This document shows positions 41,101-52,500 of a DNA stretch of 64,000 nt, piece by piece. The DNA comes from Octopus sinensis (taxonomy: Eukaryota), in the NCBI RefSeq assembly GCF_006345805.1, contig NC_043018.1, positions 20,956,001 to 21,020,000 on the forward strand. Direction: 5' to 3'. Within the stretch, counting starts at the first letter, position 1. Each line of letters starts with the position of its first letter. Made by a program: the position numbers and the translations under genes. The notes under the pieces were generated by a model. The model was not told the origin of the DNA and made no database searches. It worked only from the letters and a program-made list of their open reading frames with translations.

Positions 41101-44100
41101 TTTCGTCTGCGTTACGTTGTGAGTTCAAATTCCGCCGAGGTCGACTTTGCCTTTCATCCTTTCGGGGTCGATAAATTAAGTACCATTTACGCACTGCGGT
41201 CGATGTAATCGACTTAATACCTATGTCTGTCCTTGTTTGTCCCCTCTGTGTTTAGCCCCTTGTGGGTAGTAAAGAAATAGGTTTGACTGAAAACTGGTAA
41301 GCCGGGGAACTGCACCAGGTTCCGATCTGACTTGACAAGGTTTCTACAGCAGGATGCCCTTCCTAACACCAACCCCTTTTTTTATGTGCCACCAGCATGA
41401 CACTGGCATCGACCGCAACTATGGTCTCACTTGACTTCACAGGTCTATACAAACACAGTATATTGCCAAAGGTCTCAGTCACCTGTCACTGCTTCCATGA
41501 GGCCCAACACTTGAACAGTGCTTATTAGGTGCCACCCGCGTGTGACATTTTTGTTACCCCCTTGATGGGATGCCGGTCCCTTGCAGTAATACTCAACTTC
41601 TGCCAGCTGGAGCTACATCAAATAAAGTGTTTTGCTCAAGAACACAATATATTACTCAGTCTGGGAATTGAAACCACAATCTTGCAATCATAAGTGCAAC
41701 ACCCTACCTACTAGACCAGTGGTTTCCAACCTGGGATCTGCGGACCCTGATGGTCCACAAAGGCAGTACTGGGGGTCCATGAACTAAATTCAAAATTTCA
41801 TATATACATCAAAATCAAATGGTAATGGTAGTTGTGGATGATGCCAGTGCCGCCTGACTGGCTCCCTCTGTTGGTGGCCCGTAAAAAGCACCATTTGAAC
41901 GTGGTTTGTGCCAGCCCCCTTGCCCCAACAGGCTCCTGTGCCGGTGGCACATAAAATGCACCATCTAAACGTGGTCGATGCCAGTGCCGCCTTGACTGGC
42001 TCCCATGCCAGTGGCACATAAAAAGCACCATCCGAACGTGGTCAATGCCAGCCCCTCCTGGCCCCTGTGCCGGTGGCCCGTAAAAAGCACCATTTGAACA
42101 TGGTTTGTGCCAGCCCCCTTGCCCCAACAGGCTCCTGTGCCGGTGGCACATAAAATGCACCATCTAAACGTGGTCGATGCCAGTGCCGCCTTGACTGGCT
42201 CCCATGCCAGTGGCACATAAAAAGCACCATCCGAACGTGGTCAATGCCAGCCCCTCCTGGCCCCTGTGCCGGTGGCCCGTAAAAAGCACCATTTGAACAT
42301 GGTTTGTGCCAGCCCCCTTGCCCCAACAGGCTCCTGTGCCGGTGGCACATAAAATGCACCATCTAAACGTGGCCGATGCCAGTGCCGCCTTGACTGGCTC
42401 CCATGCCAGTGGCACATAAAAAGCACCATCCGAACGTGGTCAATGCCAGCCCCTCCTGGCCCCTGTGCCGGTGGCCCGTAAAAAGCACCATTTGAACGTG
42501 GTTTGTGCCAGCCCCCTTGCCCCAACAGGCTCCTGTGCTGGTGGCACATAAAATGCACCATCCGAACGTAGTCAATGCCAGCCCGTCCTGGTCCCTGTGC
42601 CGGTGGCACGTAAAAAGCTCCCACTACACTCTCGGAGTGGTTGGTGTTAGGAAGGGCATCCAGCTGGATAAGCACTGCCAGATCAGATTGGAGCCTGGCA
42701 TGGCCTCCCGAGTTCCCAGACCCCAGTCGAACTGTCCAACCCATGCCAGCATGGAAAATAGACATTAAACGATGATGAGGAGGATATATACACATATGGA
42801 TAAGCATATTAACCCTTTAGTGTTCAGATTATTCTATCAAACATAATGCTTATTGATTCACATTGATTTGAATTAATCATGAATTATCTCATATCTTCAA
42901 GATCTTGATGGTGTAATTACTTAATGTAGAATAACATTGTAGGGCAGGTGTGAGAGCCTGGATCTGGTCAGTTTGAACATAAAACAGATTAACTATTTTG
43001 GCCGGATATGGCCGGTTTAAAGGCTAAAGGGTTAAAAGGGGTCCATGGGAAAACTCATTTAAATAAAAGGGTTGGGAACAACTGTACTGAAGCACCCGCC
43101 TTCACACATGTTGCTTTGATAAGTAGAAATCCAGTTGATCAGACAACTAAATGCTCATCATTAAAATTTACTTTCTGTGTTTTTCCGCTGAGTAAATGCA
43201 TCGAAAATGGATTTCGTTCTGAATGTTTTCAGTGAACCAAAAACTGCAAGAATTAGTGATAAAGGTAGTCAGCTGTTTGAAGCAATGGATGTTGATACTA
43301 CAGACCCCACACTCCCGGAAAGCTCAAAGTCGAGGAAGAAGAAGAAAACAGCAATGAAACGAAAGTCTAATGGTTACATTGGTAGTGATGATGATGATGC
43401 TGCCGGTACTGGAAAGAAGTGCAAGCTGGACCTGAAAAGGTAAATTCTGTTTCAAAAAAATAAGAAAAGGTGGTGAGTGAGTGCAAAGCATATTCTTATA
43501 TTGCATGTGCCTGGCTGTGTATGCTATAAAATTGAATATCTTTATATATAAAAGTCAAGTTGTGTGTCTGTCTCCTACGATTTAGATTCCTAACTACTCC
43601 CACATTTTGCGGTGCAGTTTAACCAAAACCGGGTATCTTATAGTCGTGATTCATATCGAGCCCGTCTGAGTATTAGCGCGCGTCTACGATTTTAAAAAAA
43701 ATTACCATCATTTTTTCCATTTTAATGCATTTTTTTTGCTATTATATAAGGGAAGTAACTCTCTAAAAATGTCTACGATGAGTCAACGATTTAAAAAAAA
43801 ATTTACCATCATTTTTTTTTCCATTTTTAATGCATTTTTTTGCTATAACTCTCTAAAAATGCTTATATAGTTATTTCCCTTACAAACTCGAGCAACGCCG
43901 GGCGATACTGCTAGTTTCATATAATCTAGTGGTTCTCAACCATATTTTGCCCATGCACCCCTTTAATCTCTGTCTCACTCTACGAGACCCCCCACATTAA
44001 AAAAAAATCCTATTAAGAAGCTTGCTTCCCAACCACATGGTTCTGGGTTCAGTCCCACTACGTGGCACCTTAGACAAGTGTTTTCTACTATAGCCTCGGG

Positions 44101-47100
44101 CCAACCAAAGCGTTGTGAGTGGATTTGATAGATGGAAACTGAAAGAAGCCCATCGTGTGTATATATATATATATGTATGTATGTGCTTGTCGTTTGTGTC
44201 TGTGTTTGTCCCCCCGCCACCATCACTTGACAACCAATGTCAGTGTGTTTACGTCCCTGTCGCTTAGTGGTTCGGCAAAAAGAGACCGATAGAATAAGTA
44301 CTAGGCTAACAAAGAATAAGTCCCGGGGTTGATTTATTTGAACAAAGGTGGTGCTCCAGCATGGCCGCAATCAAATGACTGAAACGAGTAAAAAAGTAAT
44401 TAAGTATTATCAGGAATTATGCTGCGCTGCATAAAATACACTCTGTAAAATGGTTAACAACCAGCCACAGAAACCATGCCGAAACAGACAGCTCCAGCTG
44501 GCCAGCTCATGCCAATATGGAAAATGGGCGTTAAATGTTGATGATGATGATGATGTATTAAAAAATTGTTAAAATATTTTGTGTATTGTGTATAGGCGTA
44601 GGAGAGGCTGTGTGGTAAGTAGCTTGCTTACCATCCACATGGCTCCGGATTCAGTCCCACTGCGTGGCACCTTGGGCAAGTGTCTTCTACTATAGCCTCG
44701 GGCCGACCAAAGCCTTGTGAGTGGATTTGGTAGACAGAAACTGAAAGAAGCCCGGCGTATATGTGTATATATATGTGTGTGTGCGTGTATGTTTGTGTGT
44801 CTGTTTGTCCCCCTAGCATTGCTTGACAACCGATGCTAGTGTGTTTATGTCCCCGTAACTTAGCGGTTTGGCAAAAGAGACCGATAGAATAAGGACTGGG
44901 CTTACAAAGAATAAGTAAGTCCCGGGGTCGAGTTGCTCGATTAAAGGCGGTGCTCCAGCATGGCCGCAGTCAAATGACTGAAACAAATAAAAGAGTATTT
45001 ATGGAATTTTGATTTACTGTCGGCTGACTTTTGGCCAACCCTGTATTAATCTCCTTCAGACCTGTCCTTTATGATTATTCATTATACTTTATTTTCTACG
45101 TTTAATCCAAAGCACAGATATGACTGTGTGGTTAAGTGTTCACTTTGTAACCATGTGGGTTTGGGTTCATTCCCACTGAGTAACACTTTGGGCAAAGTGT
45201 TTTATAATGTATTTCCTTCCCCTACATAATTATTTGTGTGTGTGTGTCGTGTGTGCATCCTGTAGTGATGGGCATCAACTTAATGTCAACAAATACTCAG
45301 ATCTTGTGTTTTTTCTCTTTTTTTCCTTTCTAAAGCCAATTGAAGTTATGCCTCCTGTCTTCTTCAACTGGGATAATGAAGCCGTTGCCCCAACAACCCA
45401 GAACGGTCATGTCAGCAGCAGTGATGACGACGTTGAAATGAGCGAAGACAAGGATGAAGAATCATCTACAGGTGTAAGTATTTTTGATTTGTTTTCTTCA
45501 TATGCTAAGCCTCACTGAGGGTATGGCAAGGGACCAGGACTTATGGCGCTAAGCCTCACTGAGGGGATGGCAAGGGACCAGGACTTATGGTGCTAAGCCT
45601 CACTAAGGAGATGGCAAGGGACCAGGACTTATGGCACTAAGCCTCACTGATGAGATGGCAAGGGACCAGGACATATGGTGCTAAGCCTCACTGAGGGGAT
45701 GGCAAGGGACCGGGACTTATGGCGTAAGCCTCACTGAGGGGATGGCAAGGGACCAGAACTTATGGTGCTAAACCTCACTGAGGGGATGGCAAGGGACCAG
45801 GACTTATGGCGCTAAGCCTCACTGAGGGGATGGCAAGGGACCGGGACTTATGGCGCTAAGCCTCACTGAGGGGATGGCAAGGGACCAGGACTTATGGCAC
45901 TAAGCCTCACTCAGGGGATGGCAAGGGACTGGGACTTATGGCACTAAGCCTCACTGAGGGGATGGCAAGGGACCGGGACTTATGGCACTAAGCCTCACTG
46001 AGGGGATGGCAAGGGACCGGGACTTATGGCACTAAGCCTCACTGAGGGGATGGCAAGGGACCGGGACTTATGGCACTAAGCCTCACTGAGGAGATGGCAA
46101 GGGACCAGGACTTATGGCGATTTGCTGTATTTGAGAAGACACATCAAGCTAAGAAAAATTGCAGCCCTCCATACATACAGGCATGTCCTTTATGGTCACG
46201 CCTCCACTCCCTCTCCGAGCTGAGAGGTGTTTGTCTTGCAGGGGCCAGTACCACATAAAACGCACTTCTGCCAATGCCACATAAATTGCAATTGGACCAG
46301 TGTCATGTAAAAAGCACCCAGCACATTTCGTAAAGTGGTTGGTATTAAGAATGTCATCCAGCCATAGAAACCTTCCCTAAACAGACAATCAGAGCCTGGA
46401 CAGTGTTCCAACTGGCCAGCTCCATGCCGAACCGTCTGACCCATACATACACACATATAAAGTGTTTGTAAAGTTATTGTGATGTTAACTTGATAAATCA
46501 GGACAGACTGACTCCTAACCAAATCTCTTACCTGTTCCTACCTCTAATTGCATCTTCTTCATTTAAATCAATTATTGATCGTTTATACACATCTCCTGTA
46601 CAAATTATTGTTTTCTTATCTACCTGCAATATTCTTAATTTTACAGAAACTTCTCAAGAAAAAGAAAGCTGCTAGGAAGCTTGAAAAAAAACAGGAAGAA
46701 GAAAGGTTATATGAAGTAAGTACATAGGTTGTTTCTCCCTCATGAACCCTTTCTATTCCATTATCTCATAGCTTTCAGATTTCAGTTATGTCATTGTATA
46801 CTTATAGAATGACATTGTTGGGTAGGTATGAGAGGCTGGATCTGGCAGCTTTGAACATAAAACAAGTAGAATATTTGAGCTGGTTCAACCCTTTAGCATT
46901 CAGTGTTTTGAATTAGTCATACATTATCTCATAGCTTTTGATATTTCAGTTATGTGATTGTATAGGCGCAGGAGTGGCTGTGTGGTAAGTAGCTTGCTAA
47001 CCAACCACATGGTTGCGGGTTCAGTCCCACTGTGTAGCATCTTGGGCAAGTGTCTTCTGCTATAGCCCCGGGCCGACCAATGCCTTGTGAGTGGATTTGG

Positions 47101-47135
47101 TAGACGGAAACTGAAAGAAGCCTGTCGTATATATG

Positions 47136-47168
<33 letters not shown>

Positions 47169-49513
47169 TTGTGTTTGTCCCCCTAGTATTGCTTGACAAC
47201 CGATGCTGGTGTGTCTACGTCCCCGCCACTTAGCGGTTCGGCAAAAGAGACCGATAGAATAAGTACTGGGCTTACAAAGAATAAGTTCCGGAGTCGATTT
47301 GATCGACTAAAGGCGGTGCTCCAGCATGGCCGCAGTCAAATGACTGAAACAAGTAAAAGAGTATATTTTTAGAATGACATTGTAGAATAGGTGTGAAAGG
47401 CTGGATCTGGCTGGATAGAACATGAAACGAGTAGAATATTTGTCCCAGATATGGTTGGTTTAACCCCTAGCTTTCAGATTATTCTGTCCTTGTAGAATGT
47501 TTTTATTGACATTACTTTGAATTAATTATGCAACATCTTTTAGCTTTGAGATTCTGATGATGGGATTGTATGTTTTTAGAATGACAGTCAAGGGTAAGTG
47601 TGAAAGGCTAGATCTGGCCAGTTTGAACATAAAACAAAAAGCATATTTGGGCCCTGAAATGGCCAGTTTCATCATCATCGTCGTTTAGCGTCCGTTTTCC
47701 ATGCTAGCATGGGTTGGACGGTTCTACTGGGGTCTGTGAAGCCAGAAGGCTTCATCAGGCCCAGTCAAATCTGGCAGTGTTTCTACAGCTGGATGCCCTT
47801 CCTAACGCCAACCACTCCGTGAGTGTAGTGGGTGCTTTTTACGTGCCACCCGCACAGGTGCCAGACAGAGCTGGCAAACGGCCACGAACGGATGGCACAA
47901 GGGCCAGGCAAGGCTGGCAACGGACATGAAACGGGGCGGTGCTGGCAACGGTCGCGAAACGGAAGGTTCTCTTACATGCCACCGGCACTGGTAACACATC
48001 TGCAATTTCCATTGATCGATTTCCATTCTGATCAAGTTAAACATGGCCCTCTCTCAGCTTCTGTTTCTGTTTCATCTCATATTCATTCCAGCTGTAACCA
48101 CTTTACATTAGTTTATAATTTGAATTTACTGGCTGCGAAGGTAAATGCTATGTGGTGTGTGTGGTTCCCATTTGCTTGGCAGATTGCCAGACCGTCATTT
48201 AAAGATGTTTTTGTTGAATAAAATTTGTTGAAAATAGCCGCAATAATTATGCACCAACCCAATATTATTATTAAGATGGCAAGCTAGCTGAATCGTTAGC
48301 ACACCGGGCAAAATGCTTATCAGTGTTTCATCTGTAGCTACGTTCTGAGTTCAAATTCCGCTGAAGTTGACTTTACCTTTCATCCTTTCAGGGTCAATAA
48401 AATAAGCACCAGTGAAACACTGGGGTCGATGTAATTGACTCATCCCCCTCCACCAAAATTTCAGGCCTTGTGCCCATAGTAGAAAGGATCATCATCATCA
48501 CCATCATCACCATCATCATCATTATCATCATTATTATCATTATTATTATTAAGGCAGTGAGCTGGCAGAATCGTTAGCACGCCAGGCAAAATGCTTTGCA
48601 CCATTTCATCTGCCCTTATGCTCTGAGATCAAATTGCACTGTGGTTGAATGTGCCTTTCATCCTTTCATGGTCAATAAATTAAGTACCAGTGAAATACTG
48701 GGGTCGATATAATCAGCTTACCCCCTCCTCTTAAAATTGATAGGCTTGTGCCAAAATTAGAAATTGTTTATAGTATTAATAAAAACAATGATGATGATGA
48801 TGACCCTTTCTAATATTGGCACAAGGCCTGAAATTTGGGGGTGGTGGGTAGTCAGTTTCATCAAACCCAGTACTCAAGTGGTACTTATTTTATCGACCCC
48901 AAAAGGATAAAAGGCAAAGTCGACCTCGGCAGGATTTGAACTCAATAATAATAATAATAATATCGTCAGAAATTGCTGAGCACTGATATTTAGTTTTGTT
49001 CTTTTATGTTCCTGAAATCAAACATTGACTAATCATTGTTGCTATCTTCATTATTATTATCCTTAATGCTGTTATCTTGATGACTTCCTTCAGATTGAAC
49101 GTCAACGGGTCATTGGAGAAAAACTGCCTGAAACTGCTGATGATTTTGACCGTCTTCTCCTCCATTCACCAAATAGTTCTATGTTGTGGCTACGGTATAT
49201 GGCTTTCCATTTGGAAACAGCTGAGATTGACAAGGCACGATCCATCGCAGAGAGAGCTCTGAAGACCATCTTATTCCGGTGAGATTTTTAGTAGTTCTTT
49301 GTACGTTTGTAGCCTATGGTAAGCATTTTAAGGAAGCTGTCCATACTCATAGACAGATTAATACATACAGGCATGATAAGAAGCTTGCTTCCTAACCACA
49401 TTGTTCCGAGTTCAGTCCCACTGCGTGGCACTTTGGGTGTCTTCTGCTATAGCCTTTGGCTGACCAAAGCCTTGTGAGTGGATTTGGTAGATAGAAACTG
49501 AAAGAAACTCATC

Positions 49514-49557
<44 letters not shown>

Positions 49558-52500
49558 GTTTACACACACCATTGCTTGACAACCGGTGGTGATGTATTTA
49601 TGTCCCTGTAACTTAGCTGCTTGGCAAAAGACACTGATAGAATAAGTCCTGGGGTAGATTTCTTCAAATAAAAGACTTTAAGGCAGTGCTCCAGCATGGC
49701 TGCAGTCAAATGCCTGAAACAGGTAAAAAAAAATAAAAGAATATATTTTTGTGTGTGTGTGGGTGTAATCTTGGGTACGACTTTAAACTGCATCCCTAGT
49801 TTGGGAGTTCCAGAATTTTGAGAAGTGCAGAAGCACGTGTTAGCCACTATTGATCCCAGGTCTATTCTGACCTGTAATAGTAGCACCTGTCAAGATCCCA
49901 GCTGTGGGTTAGTTAGCATATTAGGGCTTACCTGCCCCTATGTATGTAAAAACTGGATCCGGTGGACTCTGCAAAAGAAACCTCCATGTTTCAACATCAT
50001 CATCATCATCATCATTTAGCGTCCGCTTTCCATGCTAGCATGGGTTGGACGGTTCAACTGGGGTCTGGGAGGCCAGAAGGCTGCACCAGGCCCAGTCTGA
50101 TCTGGCAATGTTTCTACGGCTGGATGCCCTTCCTAACGCCAACCACTCCGTGAGTGTAGTGGGTGCTTTTTACATGCCACCAGCACAGGTGCCAGACGGG
50201 GCTGGCAAACGGCTATGATCGGATGATGCTTTGTACGAGCCACCGGCACGGGGAGAAGTGCAAAACAAGTACAGCCATGCATTGTGGAGTGCAGAGAGCA
50301 TGATGTGGCAAGTAAGACATCTTGATCATCCACTGCATCAGTCTCCATCCCGGGTTGTCTTGACCCGGGGTCTTGTCACTGGACTGAAGATGACCATGAA
50401 TGAGAGAGCAAGGTTGATGGTGTGCAACCCTTTTTCACTTTAAATGAATTCACTACGCAAGTCATCAGCCATCCTAGGATGACTAGATGGCCCTTGTTGC
50501 TCCAACAAACATCTGCTTTCCATGCCAGCATGTGTTGTCCTTATCCATTGTGAGTTCAAATCCTGCTAGGGCTCACTTTGATTCCCTTATCCTTCAAAAG
50601 TGAACAGAGCATATACTTGTGTTTATTCAATCATGTCATCAGCCATCCTTGGATGACTAGATGGCTCTTGTCTCTCCAACAAACATCACATATGTATGCA
50701 TCTATGTATAAGACAGGCTTCCACATAGTTTCCATCTACCAAATTCACTCGCAAGGCAATGCTCAGTCCAGGTCTGTATAGTAGAAGGTGCTGTACTGTG
50801 GGATTGAACCTGAAACCATGTGACTGCAAAGCAGGTTTCTTAACCACATAGTCATACATATGTCTAATAGAATTTTTTTTTTCACTTCGGGCATAAGGCC
50901 ACATGTTTGATTGACCAGACACATGTATCATCATCATTTAACGTCCGTTTTCCGCGCTAGCACGGGTTGGACGATTTGACCAGGGTCTGGGAAGCCAGGA
51001 GGCTGCACCAGGCTCCAGTCTGATCTGGCAGTGTTTCTACAGCTGGATGCCCTTCCTAATGCCAACCACTCCGCGAGTGTAGTGGGTGCTTTTTACGTGC
51101 CAGGGGAGTCTGGCAGTGGCCACAATCGGTTGGTGCTTTTAACGTGCCACCGGCACCGGCGCTATGCTTAGTAAATGCCTATTTTATTCATTTTTGAAGG
51201 ATACGGGAATCAAAGTGAGCCCTAGCCGGATTCAAACTCACAATGGATAAGGACAAAACTAATTATTGATTACTAATTTATAGCTTCATTCCTGATTTTT
51301 TTTTTTTTTAGGGAAGAGCAAGAGAAATTTAATGTTTGGATTGCTTACCTGAACCTTGAAAACTTATATGGAAACAAAGAGAATCTAAATGCAGTTCTGC
51401 AGAGAGCGCTACAGCAAAACCAGCCTCTGAAGGTTTACCAACAACTTGTGAATATATACATAAAATCAGGGAAAATTCAAGTAAGAAATCTTTGGTTTGA
51501 CTTTTTCGTTACTGAATTCTTGCTAAAATACACTGCCTTTTGCTTTAATTCATCATCGTCGTCATCATTTAGCGTCCACTTTCCATGCTAGCATGGGTTG
51601 GACGGTTCAACTGGGGTCTGGGAAGCCAGAAGGCTGCACCAGGCCCAGTCTGATCTGGCAATGTTTCTACGGCTGGATGCCCTTCCTAATGCCAACCACT
51701 CCGTGAGTGTAGTGGGTGCTTTTTACGTGCCAGACGGGGCTGGCAAACGGCCATGGTTGGATGGTGCTTTTTACCTGCCACTGGCACGGGGGCCACCAAA
51801 CTCTAATTGTGGAGGGAACTTGTGGAAGGGGTAGATCCAGGAAGACATGGGACAAAATGGTGAGAAAGGATCTTCAGATGTTGTGTCTCACTGAGGAGAT
51901 GAAAAGGGATTGGAACTTGTGGCAATTTACCCTATGTGAGAAGACAGGTGAATCTCAGTAAAATCATCCATACATATTGGCATGTCCTTTGCTGGTGCTG
52001 GTGCCATGTAAAATGCTCTTGTGTCGGGACCATGGTGAATGCACTCATACTACTACTACTACTACATAAATGTTGGTGGCACGTAAAAAACACCCAGCTC
52101 TACTCTGGAATGTGGTTGGCATTAGGAAGGGCATCTGGCTATAGAAACCATGCCAAAACAGACAATTGGAGCTTGGTGCAGTTCTCTGGCTTGCCATCTC
52201 CTGTCAAACCATCCAACCCATGCCATCTTGGAAAACAGACATTAAGCAATGACGATGGGGAATTTTAATAAAATAACTTCATTAAACTGGAGTTTGGAAA
52301 TATAAATTAATATGAAGTTTTTATGGAATGTTTTAGTTTAGTTCACTTTAAGATTGGAAGTCTGTATCATAGATCCATGAGTGGTCTTGGGCAGTTTTGC
52401 TATAAAAAAGGTTGAAAAACCCCTGTCTGTCTGCCTCTCTCGCTTTCTCTTATGCATACTAGTATATAGTTACTATGTGGAGGCGCAATGTCCCAGTGGT

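Noticed and set aside
44414-44444. 31-nt candidate micro-exon that would fix the exon 24/25 phase
   Set aside because: No pyrimidine tract, weak donor (TCT|gtaaaa), and it lies in repeat-derived sequence.
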